From Candidatus Binataceae bacterium (lineage in GTDB: Bacteria > Desulfobacterota > Binatia > Binatales > Binataceae), in the NCBI GenBank assembly GCA_015478645.1, contig JADMIL010000006.1:29609-93608 (forward strand): 64,000 nucleotides of DNA, written 5' to 3'. How positions within the stretch are numbered: the stretch's first letter is position 1; every line of letters starts with the position of its first letter. The notes under the pieces are model-generated. The model worked only from the letters and a program-made list of their open reading frames with translations. It searched no databases and was not told the DNA's origin. Below, one piece after another: positions 54,026 to 64,000 of the stretch. Made by a program: the position numbers and the translations under genes.

Positions 54026-54764
54026 GCCGCTGGCCTTTGGACGGCTTGGCGAGCTTGAGCAGTTTGCCCGGTTTGGCGCGATTGACGGTTTTGACCGATT
54101 TCAGTTTGCGCCCGCCCGCGGCCGCTTTGACGGCTTTCAGCGCGACCGATTTTTTCGCCACCGGCAGCATCCGCATCACCGCGCGCGCGCCCGACCGCGA
54201 CGATCCGACCGACTTCATCCGCGTCCGCGCCGGCGGCGCCGCGGCCTCGTCCTCAAGCTCGAGTCCGGCGGTGGTAAACGATCGCTTCTTGATCAGCGCG
54301 CGCCGCTCGCCCTCGAAGACCGTCTCGCCGCGCTGATTCACACCCCAGTGCTTGAAGTGCACTTCGCCGACTTCGCGATGGCCGCGCAGTACGTCCGCAC
54401 TATCGTTTTTGCCCAGCACCTCGGTGAACGCGTAGAGCGTGTCGCCGTGGATCACCGAGATGCGAAAGCGGACCTGGTCGAGCGCGACCTCTTCGACCGC
54501 CTGCTCGCCCGTATCCTGCATCGCGAGGCCGATGACCAGCGAGGCGGTGACGCCGCCGAAGGTGATGCGATGTTTTTGCGCGGCGACGCGTTCGGCCAGA
54601 TCCTCGTTGAAATGAAGCTGCGCGGTATTCAGCACGAGATTGGTCAGCAGGACGTTTTCGAGCGCCTCCATGGTCTTGCCGCGCGCATGCTCATAGACGT
54701 CGCCGACGATGAAATCCTCGTAGTAATTGCCGCGCCCGGTCAGCGCCGCCGCGTCAATACTCAT
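54000..54764 (-). CDS. MaoC-like (hot-dog) dehydratase with ~75-aa Lys/Arg/Ala-rich histone-H1-like C-terminal tail
   Basis: Start at ATG 54762-54764 (MSIDAAALTGRGNYYEDFIVGDVYEH...), an ATGA overlap with the ACAD stop. Tail KKSVALKAVKAAAGGRKLKSVKTVNRAKPGKLLKLAKPSKGQRPSGGKRRR. Confidence 0.8.
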   Translation of the reverse strand: MSIDAAALTGRGNYYEDFIVGDVYEHARGKTMEALENVLLTNLVLNTAQLHFNEDLAERVAAQKHRITFGGVTASLVIGLAMQDTGEQAVEEVALDQVRFRISVIHGDTLYAFTEVLGKNDSADVLRGHREVGEVHFKHWGVNQRGETVFEGERRALIKKRSFTTAGLELEDEAAAPPARTRMKSVGSSRSGARAVMRMLPVAKKSVALKAVKAAAGGRKLKSVKTVNRAKPGKLLKLAKPSKGQRPSGGKRRR

Positions 54765-55915
54765 TCGCCACCTCCTCCGAGCAGCCGATCGGAAATGATC
54801 CGCAACTGGATTTGCGAGGTGCCCTCGAATATCTTGGTCAGCCGCGCGTCGCGCCAGTAGCGCTCGATGGGGAAATCTTTCGTATAGCCATAGCCGCCGT
54901 GGATCTGGAGCGCGTCGCTGGTCACCCGCTCGGCCATCTCGGAGGCGAAATACTTGACCATCGAGGCCTCCTTGTCGCAGCGCCGCTTGCTGTCGACCTC
55001 GGTCGCGACGAAGTACATCAACTGGCGCGCCGCCTCGATATTGGCGGCCATGTCGGCCAGCTTGAAGCGAATCGCCTGGAACTCCGCGATCGGCCGCTTG
55101 AATTGCACGCGCCGCCCGGCGTAGACGATCGAATCCTCCAGCGCGCCGCGCGCCAATCCGATCGCGCGGGCCGCCGTATGCACGCGGGCAAGCTCCAGAA
55201 ACGACATCATGCTGTAAAAACCGCGGCCCTCTTTGCCCACCATCGTGGTCGCCGGGATGCGGAAGTTGTCGAAATGCAGGTCCCAGGTCTTCCAGCCGAA
55301 ATAGCCAATCTTGCGGATCGGCGAGCCGCTCACGCCCTCGGGCAGCGCGCCGCGCTCCTTCTCGATCAGGAACTGGGTAATGCCGACGTGGCGGCGCTTT
55401 TCCTCCGGCGGCGAGGTGCGCGCGAACAGATGGATAAAGTCCGCGCCGTCGGCAAACGTGCACCAGGTCTTGGCCCCGTTGATCACGTAGTAGTCGCCGT
55501 CGCGCGTGGCGCGGCAGGCGACGTTGGCGAGGTCCGACCCGGCGTCGGGCTCGGAGAGCGAAAACGCCCCGAGGAACTCGCCGCGCGCCATCCGCGGAAA
55601 GTACTTGCGCTTCTGCTCGAGGCTCGGGTCGCCGTAGATGCCGTTGCCGCGCGCGATAATGCTCGCGACGCTCATCCAGCCGCGCGCCAGCTCCTCGGCC
55701 ACCAGCGCATACTCGAACGCGCCCAGCCCCAGGCCGCCAAATTCCTCGGGAATCAGGATGCCGAAGTAGCCCAGCTCGCCCATCTTGTTGCGCAGATCCA
55801 TCGGGATCTCGCCTTCGACCGGGTCGAGCTTGTTGGCCACCGGCAGCACTTCGTTGATCGCGAAGTCGCGCGCCGCCTGCTGAATCATCGTGCGCTCTTC
55901 TGTCATGAAGCTCAT
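54761..55915 (-). CDS. Acyl-CoA dehydrogenase
   Basis: EERTMIQQAARDFA..., GAFSLSEPDAGSD, YVINGAKTWCT, QIHGGYGYTKDFPIERYWRDARLTKIFEGTSQIQ. Confidence 0.92.
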   Translation of the reverse strand: MSFMTEERTMIQQAARDFAINEVLPVANKLDPVEGEIPMDLRNKMGELGYFGILIPEEFGGLGLGAFEYALVAEELARGWMSVASIIARGNGIYGDPSLEQKRKYFPRMARGEFLGAFSLSEPDAGSDLANVACRATRDGDYYVINGAKTWCTFADGADFIHLFARTSPPEEKRRHVGITQFLIEKERGALPEGVSGSPIRKIGYFGWKTWDLHFDNFRIPATTMVGKEGRGFYSMMSFLELARVHTAARAIGLARGALEDSIVYAGRRVQFKRPIAEFQAIRFKLADMAANIEAARQLMYFVATEVDSKRRCDKEASMVKYFASEMAERVTSDALQIHGGYGYTKDFPIERYWRDARLTKIFEGTSQIQLRIISDRLLGGGGE

Positions 55916-56424
55916 TGGGCCATGCCTCGCTTGGGAACCAGGTTGGAGCGCCGGAAGTCGATCACCAGGTCGCCGCGGCCGTCGTTGCGCGCGCCGTCGC
56001 TCAGAAAGCCCTCCGTATGCCAGGTCACGATCCCGCTTTCGGGCCGGCTCTGTGACTCGCGCTTGTCGACCACCGTACTGCGCGCGACCAGGGTCGCACC
56101 GGGGTAGATCCGCTGATGAAAGGTCAGATTGTCGACGCCCAGGAACAGTCCGCCCGCCTCACTCAAGTCTTCGACCGAAAGCCCGAAGACGGTCAGAAAC
56201 ACCAGCATCGGATTGATCAGGATCTTGCGATGCCCATGAGCGCGCGCATACGGCGCGTTGAAGTAGAGTGGGTTGTAGCTCAGCGTCAGAGTCGAGAACA
56301 GGGTATTGTCGCCTTCGTTCAGCGTGCGGCCCCAGTGATGCTGAAAGACCTGCCCGATTGCGAAATCGTCGAACAGATTGCCTTTCGGCAGCTTCCTGGC
56401 CCGCGCGCGCCAGTCGTCGCTCAT
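55912..56424 (-). CDS. MaoC-like (hot-dog) dehydratase subunit
   Basis: FDDFAIGQVFQHHWGRTLNEGDNTLFSTLTLSYNPLYFN...HGHRKILINPMLVF. A 4-bp overlap with the ACAD start. Confidence 0.8.
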   Translation of the reverse strand: MSDDWRARARKLPKGNLFDDFAIGQVFQHHWGRTLNEGDNTLFSTLTLSYNPLYFNAPYARAHGHRKILINPMLVFLTVFGLSVEDLSEAGGLFLGVDNLTFHQRIYPGATLVARSTVVDKRESQSRPESGIVTWHTEGFLSDGARNDGRGDLVIDFRRSNLVPKRGMAQ

Positions 56425-56500
56425 ATGCGGTGCTCCGTCGTCATCGTAATATAGTCATATAGTCAGTCGCACATCCCGTTATATATCAGTTGCCACGATA

Positions 56501-56541
56501 CCGGACATGAACCGGACACGATACCGGACGTGACGCCGGAC
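56501..56541. promoter_or_regulatory. Four phased CCGGAC direct repeats in the divergent MaoC-operon / rhodanese intergenic region
   Basis: CCGGAC at 56501, 56512, 56524 and 56536 (spacing 11, 12 and 12 bp), 77-117 bp upstream of ATG 56424. Adjacent ATAGTCA x2 at 56451-56466. Confidence 0.4.
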
Positions 56542-56823
56542 ACGCTACTCGACTTCGGCCGCGCGGGCCGCGCCCTGCCTGGCGTCACGCGCGACGCGAT
56601 CGCGTCGTGCCCGTCGCTGCGCCACGCCGCGATTGCGCGGCATCCGCGCGTGTTAATCTGCCACCGCGAGCGGCTCCGCTGCAATCCGCGACGGGCCGCA
56701 TGGCGACCGGGTTGGCGCGCCAGCGTCGTCAACCGGGTGCCGGCGGTCATGGCCGATTCGCGTGGCTCGTCGAGCCGGGCCTATGCTAGGATTAGCCGAG
56801 CTTATCTCCGCCGGAGGACTCTC

Positions 56824-57306
56824 ATGCGTATCCGATTGTTGTCGCTGACGATCGCCCTCGCGGGACTCGCATTGGCGGCTTCACCCGCGCTGTCGTTCGA
56901 CTTGAGCAAAATGCTTGGCGGGCCGGGCGAGGCGCAGAGTCTCAACACCTTCAAGCTGATTCACGTCGCCGATCTGGCGGCGATGGTCGTCAATCAGCCG
57001 AGCGGCGTGCAGATCTACGACGCCAACGAGCCGGAAACGCGCACCCGGTACGGCGTGATCCCGGGCGCTCATCTGCTGCTGAGCGACGACGGCTACAACG
57101 TGGCGACGACGCTGCCGGCGAATAAGCAGGCCAAGCTCGTCTTCTATTGTGCCAACACGGCCTGCATGGCTTCGCATGAGGCGGCGCGCCGCGCGGTCGG
57201 CGCGGGCTACACCAACGTCAGCGTGATGGGCGACGGAATTATGGGCTGGAAGGCGGCCGGTGAGCCGACCGTGAGCGCCGCGAGCATCCCCGGCGCCAAT
57301 TCCTGA
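56824..57306 (+). CDS. Secreted rhodanese-like domain protein
   Basis: ATG 56824 after GGAGGA. Signal MRIRLLSLTIALAGLALAASPALS. IPGAHLL...LVFYCANTACMASHEAARRAV..GY.NV..M.GG..W pattern. Confidence 0.7.
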   Translation: MRIRLLSLTIALAGLALAASPALSFDLSKMLGGPGEAQSLNTFKLIHVADLAAMVVNQPSGVQIYDANEPETRTRYGVIPGAHLLLSDDGYNVATTLPANKQAKLVFYCANTACMASHEAARRAVGAGYTNVSVMGDGIMGWKAAGEPTVSAASIPGANS

Positions 57307-57408
57307 GCCGTGCGTCGCGCCTGACGGAATTGATCGCGCCGCCGATGCGTCCGCCGGGGCTGAACGCGGCGGTGGGAGTCAGGCGCCGCGATCGATTATA
57401 GTTGCGGC

Positions 57409-59214
57409 GTGCCGCCATCCGCATCCGAGCCGTCCCCGTCGCCCGCCGGCGCGGAAATCCGCGAACTCACGCCGCGCGCCTTCGTCCTCGGCGCGATCCT
57501 GGCGCTGATCCTGGGCGCGGCCAACGCCTATCTCGGCCTCTACGCCGGCCTGACGGTCTCGGCGAGTATCCCGGCCGCGGTGATCTCGATGGCGGTGCTG
57601 CGCGCCCTGGGCCGCGCGACGATCCTGGAGAACAACGTCGTCCAGACCATCGCCTCGGCCGGCGAAGCGGTCGCCGCGGGCGCGATCTTTACCTTTCCGG
57701 CAATCGTGATTCTCGGCTATACGGGCCCGCTCCCCTACTGGGACGTGACGCTGCTGTGTCTGGCCGGCGGCACGATGGGCAGCCTGCTGGTGGCGTTTTT
57801 GCGCCGCGCCTATATCGTCGAAGAGCGGCTGCCGTTTCCCGAAGGATTGGCCTGCGCCGAAGTTCTGCGCGCCGGCGCCAGCAACGAGGCGAGCGCCGCG
57901 CCGCTGGCGTGGGGCGGAGCGATCGCGGCGGCGCTCAAGGCCGCGCAGGATATTTTCGGCTGGATCCCGGGGACGATCGCGGGCGCGCGCTGGATCGGAT
58001 CGGCGGCGGTCGCCGGGTCGTTCAACGTCTCGGCCGCATTGCTTGGCGTCGGCTATATCGTGGGCCCGGCGATCGCCGGCCTGGTCTTTGCGGGCGGCGC
58101 CTTCGCCTGGCTGGTCGCGATTCCGATCGTCGCCACCCGCCGTCCCGAATTGCGTGCGCTCCCGCCCGCCACCGCGGCCCTTCAGATCTGGGGCACGCAG
58201 ACTCGCTACCTGGGCGTTGGCGCGATGCTGGTGGGCGGCGCCGCGACGCTCTGGCGCCTGCGCGGAGCGATCGCGAATGGCCTGGCCGAAAGCGCCCGGA
58301 TGTTTCGCGCGCCGGCCGGCGCGGCCGTGCGCCGCGAGGATCGCGACCTCGCGGCCCGCACCGTGATCACCGCCGTGGCGCTCTGCATCCCGGTGATCTT
58401 CTTACTCTGCTACCGCCTCAGCGGCCGGCTGTGGCTCAGTCTTGCGCTGGCGATAGCGCTGGTCGCGATCGGATTTTTCGCCACCGCGATCGCCGGGTAC
58501 CTCACCGGGATCGTCGGCGCGTCGAACAATCCGGTCTCCGGCGTTACAATTATCGTGCTGCTCGCCATCGCGATCATCCTCGAAGCCCTGGGCGTCGATG
58601 CCAAGGTCGGGCCGCGCCTGGCGATCATGGCGGGCGCGGTGGTCTGCACGGCGGCCGCGATGGCCGGGGATTCGCTGCATGATCTGGCCACCGGCTATCA
58701 CGTCGGGGCGACTCCGCGATCGCTCGAAATCGCGGTGCTGTTCGGCGCCGCGCTGTCGGCCTTCGTGATGGCCCCGGTGCTCAATCTGTTGATTCGCGGC
58801 TACGGAATCGCCGGGACGCCGACGGCGCATGCGCAGGCGCTTGCCGCGCCGCAGGCCTTCCTGATGGCGAAGGTTGCGCTTGGCGTGTTCCGTGGCGGAC
58901 TGCCGATCGGGACGATCGCGGCCGGCGCCGCGATTGCGGCCGGCCTCGCCGCCTGCGACGCGCGATTACGCCGTCGCGGCGCGCGCTGGAGCACGCCCGT
59001 GATGCCGGTCGCGATCGGGCTTTACCTGCCGTTCGGCCTGAGCGTCGCGATGTTCGCTGGCGCGCTGCTGCGCGCTCGCCGCGAATCGGCGGACGACCGG
59101 ACCGGCGGCGGCGCGGGAATTCTGTTTGCCGCCGGACTGGTCGCGGGCGAGGCGCTGATGGGCGTGGCGGGCGGCGCGCTGGTCACGCTCGGTATCAAGC
59201 TACCGCTGTTCTGA
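57409..59214 (+). CDS. OPT-family oligopeptide transporter
   Basis: ELTPRAFVLGAILALILGAANAYLGLYAGLTVSASIPAAVISMAVL...ILENNVVQTIASAGEAVAAGAIFTFPA...PFPEGLACAEVL. More than 14 TM segments. Confidence 0.88.
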   Translation: MPPSASEPSPSPAGAEIRELTPRAFVLGAILALILGAANAYLGLYAGLTVSASIPAAVISMAVLRALGRATILENNVVQTIASAGEAVAAGAIFTFPAIVILGYTGPLPYWDVTLLCLAGGTMGSLLVAFLRRAYIVEERLPFPEGLACAEVLRAGASNEASAAPLAWGGAIAAALKAAQDIFGWIPGTIAGARWIGSAAVAGSFNVSAALLGVGYIVGPAIAGLVFAGGAFAWLVAIPIVATRRPELRALPPATAALQIWGTQTRYLGVGAMLVGGAATLWRLRGAIANGLAESARMFRAPAGAAVRREDRDLAARTVITAVALCIPVIFLLCYRLSGRLWLSLALAIALVAIGFFATAIAGYLTGIVGASNNPVSGVTIIVLLAIAIILEALGVDAKVGPRLAIMAGAVVCTAAAMAGDSLHDLATGYHVGATPRSLEIAVLFGAALSAFVMAPVLNLLIRGYGIAGTPTAHAQALAAPQAFLMAKVALGVFRGGLPIGTIAAGAAIAAGLAACDARLRRRGARWSTPVMPVAIGLYLPFGLSVAMFAGALLRARRESADDRTGGGAGILFAAGLVAGEALMGVAGGALVTLGIKLPLF

Positions 59215-59275
59215 TTGGCTGAATGCGCGCCGCAAGACTTCTCCCCGGATCGTCGCCCGCCGGATTAACGTGACG

Positions 59276-59304
59276 AAAAAAATCCGCTTCGCACCTGAGC
59301 GGAT
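59276..59304 (-). terminator. Rho-independent terminator of FEP-repeat paralog B
   Basis: Stem ATCCGCT (59282-59288) / AGCGGAT (59298-59304). The plus-strand A-run 59276-59282 becomes a T-tract after the hairpin on the minus strand. Confidence 0.6.
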
Positions 59305-59352
59305 CGTTATTGCTGAGACGATCGATTGATCGCGTGCCGATATACGGCGGCT

Positions 59353-60297
59353 CTAATGCGCGGCCGCGGATTCGACCTCGGCGCCGTTGGCAGACGTCCC
59401 GGGGCGCGCGGCCGGACGCGCAAATGACGACTGCAACTCACTGAAGCGATCCTGCAGCTCGCCCGCCTGGTCAAACGCGATCGCGAGTTGCTCGAGCCGC
59501 TCGCGGAACTGCTTGGCCGGCTCGAGCGCCTGCACCAGTTCCGCCAGATGGTTCTCGAACGAGTCGCCCAACTGCGACACCTGCTCGCGCAGCCCCGTCA
59601 TCGGCTCGAAGGTCTCGGCGAGCTGCGCCAACAGCACTTGGAACGCGCGCAGCGGCTCGAAGGAACGCGCCACCTGCTGCATCTGCTGATGAAACGCGCG
59701 CAGCGGCGCAAACACCCGCGCCACCGAATTGCCCATCCGCTCGACCTGCTCAAAGGTCCGCGTCAGATCGTCGAAGTGGAGATGAAAGGCCTTGGCCGGT
59801 TCGAAGACCTTGGCCACCGCGTCGCTCAATTCGTTCGGATTCTGGCCGTCGATGTTGCTCGGCGCGGCGCTCGCGGGTGCTGCCGCATTGCTGCTCGCGG
59901 GCGCGGGGGAGGTTGCGGCCTCGCGAGCCGCGGCGGGTAGCGATGCGGATTCGGCGACGCGCGGCGCGATTGGCTCAGGCGCGGATGGCGCCGGGATCGG
60001 GGCTGATTCCGGGACTTTGGAAAATTCTGGCGAGGCGGGCGCGGCCTGCGCCATCGGCGCCTCGGGGGCCGGCGCGACAATGGGTCGCGCTTCGACCGGC
60101 GGCGCCTCGTCGATCGTGGCGGGTTGCATCCGCGGGCGCGGTGCAAAGGGCGACTCGGCTCCTCGGGCGGTAAGCGCGTCTCCGGCCCGGCCGGTCACAA
60201 CCGTCACCTCGCTCGCCCCCGCATCTCGCGCTCCCGCCGCTGGGGTTGCGGACTGTTGCAGGAGCCGCTTGCGAAGTTCATCGAGCTTTAGACTCAT
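59353..60297 (-). CDS. 'FEP-repeat' protein, paralog B (unrecognised family)
   Basis: MSLKLDELRKRLLQQ, an Ala/Pro-rich linker, then AVAKVFEPAKAFHLHFDDLTRT / FEQVERMGNSVARV / FAPLRAFHQQMQQVARS / FEPLRAFQVLLAQLAET / FEPMTGLREQVSQLGDS ... Position-for-position parallel to paralog A. Confidence 0.78.
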   Translation of the reverse strand: MSLKLDELRKRLLQQSATPAAGARDAGASEVTVVTGRAGDALTARGAESPFAPRPRMQPATIDEAPPVEARPIVAPAPEAPMAQAAPASPEFSKVPESAPIPAPSAPEPIAPRVAESASLPAAAREAATSPAPASSNAAAPASAAPSNIDGQNPNELSDAVAKVFEPAKAFHLHFDDLTRTFEQVERMGNSVARVFAPLRAFHQQMQQVARSFEPLRAFQVLLAQLAETFEPMTGLREQVSQLGDSFENHLAELVQALEPAKQFRERLEQLAIAFDQAGELQDRFSELQSSFARPAARPGTSANGAEVESAAAH

Positions 60298-60620
60298 GAC
60301 AATTCCCCGGAGGTGGTTGCAAAACCGTGAGAAAGCGGAGCAAAAGACGTTCCATCCGTAAGCCTTGGCTGGACGGGAGGCGTCGCGGAGGGCGAATTTG
60401 CGCCTTTAGGACTAATATCAACTGAAATAAACCAACCTTCGCCCGAGTGCTCAGCGACGCTTGATCGATAGTTTACGCAGCGATATGCCATCCGATGCGT
60501 TGCGGAATCGCGCATTGGGTCTCCTCAATGCAACAGGAAATGACCAAAAACAAACTTTGAGTGGTTGATTTTGTCATAATGAGTCAAATCTAGTGATTTC
60601 ATTGATTGACCTGAATTTTA

Positions 60621-60649
60621 ATTATAAAACTAAGAAAAGCATCATACAA
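60621..60649 (-). promoter_or_regulatory. Candidate sigma70 promoter for FEP-repeat paralog B
   Basis: On the minus strand: TTGTAT (60644-60649), 17-nt spacer, perfect TATAAT (60621-60626), within a 27-32% G+C stretch. Implies a roughly 315-nt leader. Confidence 0.4.
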
Positions 60650-60874
60650 GCAACAATACGCCAGTGAAACAGTCGAAGGTCTCGATTTGGTACAACCGGG
60701 GCAAGAGATCCCGATTGATCAGCCAATCCGTCCGTGCCTGGAGCCGACGTCGCCTGCTTTTGCTTGAAATTCCGAGGGCGCGTAATCGTCCGGCTGGGGT
60801 ATGAATCGGGGAGCTCGGCTGCACGGCTGGGCGATACGTCCCCGCCGCCACTAGATCAGATCGGCGCGGCCAGC

Positions 60875-61681
60875 TCAGAAGGTCTGGCGCAGGGTCCGCC
60901 GGACCCGCGCCACCAGTTCCATCGGACTGAACGGTTTGCTCACGTAATCTTCCGCGCCGAGCGAAAACCCACGCATCACGTCGGTCTCATGCTGGCGTCC
61001 CGAGAGCATCAGTACGCGGATCGCCCGCGTCGCCGGATTCGCCTTGAGCGCGGCCAGCACCTCGAAGCCGTCCATGCGCGGCATGTTGATATCGAGCACC
61101 ATCGCGTGCGGCATGATCGATTGAACCATCTCGAGCGCTGCGGCGCCGTCGCCCGCGACTTCGCATTTAATATGGTAGTTGCGCAGGATCGTCGAAACCA
61201 TCGTGCGCACGGTGGGGTCGTCGTCGGCGACGATTACGCTCGCGCCGCCATCGGCCCCGCTGGCGGCGGCCACTCTGTCACCGGCGCGGACCAGCACGCG
61301 AAACGAGCGCATCAGCAGGTCGCCCGGCTCCCACGGCTCGACCAGGAAATCGTGCGCGGCCGCCCGCAGCGTCAGCATCTGCCCCATCACTTCGTCGCGC
61401 GTGCCGATCAGGACCACTGCCTTGCCGCTACGCGCGATCAAATCCGCCGCCGCGATCAGCGCCCCGGCCGGCTCCCGCGTCGCGCGAATCACGCAGATGT
61501 CGTAAGGCGCCAGCTGCATCAGGGCGACGGACGGATCCGGCGGGGCGACGACCCGGCCGAAGGCGTTGACGCTCTCGCAGATGGCGATGATTTTCTCCGC
61601 CGCCTCGCGCTCGAAGCCGACGATCGCGAAGCGCTTGCCGGCCAGCGTGCCGCTGATCGCCGAGGGTACGATAATTTCCAT
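60875..61681 (-). CDS. Response regulator with N-terminal pseudo-receiver and C-terminal canonical receiver; no output domain
   Basis: Start at ATG 61679-61681 (MEIIVPS...). The C-terminal half reads VIVADDDPTVR...MVLDINMPRMDG...MLSGR...YVSKPF. The N-terminal half is receiver-like but lacks the acidic pocket. Confidence 0.8.
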   Translation of the reverse strand: MEIIVPSAISGTLAGKRFAIVGFEREAAEKIIAICESVNAFGRVVAPPDPSVALMQLAPYDICVIRATREPAGALIAAADLIARSGKAVVLIGTRDEVMGQMLTLRAAAHDFLVEPWEPGDLLMRSFRVLVRAGDRVAAASGADGGASVIVADDDPTVRTMVSTILRNYHIKCEVAGDGAAALEMVQSIMPHAMVLDINMPRMDGFEVLAALKANPATRAIRVLMLSGRQHETDVMRGFSLGAEDYVSKPFSPMELVARVRRTLRQTF

Positions 61682-61763
61682 AGGATTCGGTGCGGAATGG
61701 CGGCAGCGGCCGACCTCTTGAGCCTGGCGCGGTCCGTCGGCGACGCGGCCCTGGCGGCGCGCC

Positions 61764-64000
<2,237 letters not shown>

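Noticed and set aside
54000-55463. 487-aa ORF reported as a single unit.
   Set aside because: Only the C-terminal 254 codons (from ATG 54764) form a coherent MaoC-like protein. The upstream part overlaps the acyl-CoA dehydrogenase gene in another frame and is Arg-rich nonsense.

Overview
High-GC bacterial chromosomal segment (about 75% G+C by direct count in a typical line such as 20041-20100). The envelope gene set is Gram-negative in type: Braun-lipoprotein-like genes, a GT9 heptosyltransferase-like gene, DegP, PilD and a class A PBP. I can support about 60 protein-coding genes. I found no rRNA, tRNA, CRISPR array, integrase or transposase.

Bases 1-30000 are mostly housekeeping. They include an orphan groEL, rimI, carD-ispD, cysK, htpX-DUF1844-degP-PBP1A, tsaD-rsmA-mutM, and pilD-tmk-holB-PSP1-metG-tatD, many with 1-8 bp gene overlaps.

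Bases 30000-64000 are more accessory:
- an ECF sigma factor coupled to an Ogt/Ada-Zn fusion
- tandem glycine-zipper lipoprotein genes and ggt
- two hybrid histidine-kinase/response-regulator sets
- a lower-GC xthA / Prim-Pol / LigC-type ligase island with an AT-rich tail of small orphan ORFs
- a DHA2 MFS pump
- a thiolase-like/DUF35/CoA-transferase plus MaoC-ACAD-MaoC acyl-CoA cluster
- an OPT transporter

Features that standard gene calls do not explain:
1. A roughly 115-bp triple-nested palindromic MITE/REP-like element. There are four full copies and one collapsed copy, all at gene 3' ends, and three of them supply the host stop codon.
2. A second 40-bp repeat family.
3. Two paralogous monocistronic genes for an unrecognised protein with proline-punctuated 17-residue 'FEP' repeats. 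Both have long AT-rich leaders.
4. A decayed higBA cassette bracketed by a 51-bp duplication of the 3' end of a MaoC hydratase gene.
5. Met/His- and His-rich insertions in an Lpp-like lipoprotein and in a DUF1844 protein.
6. A MaoC hydratase with a histone-H1-like basic tail.

All family assignments come from motif recognition by eye; no database search was run.
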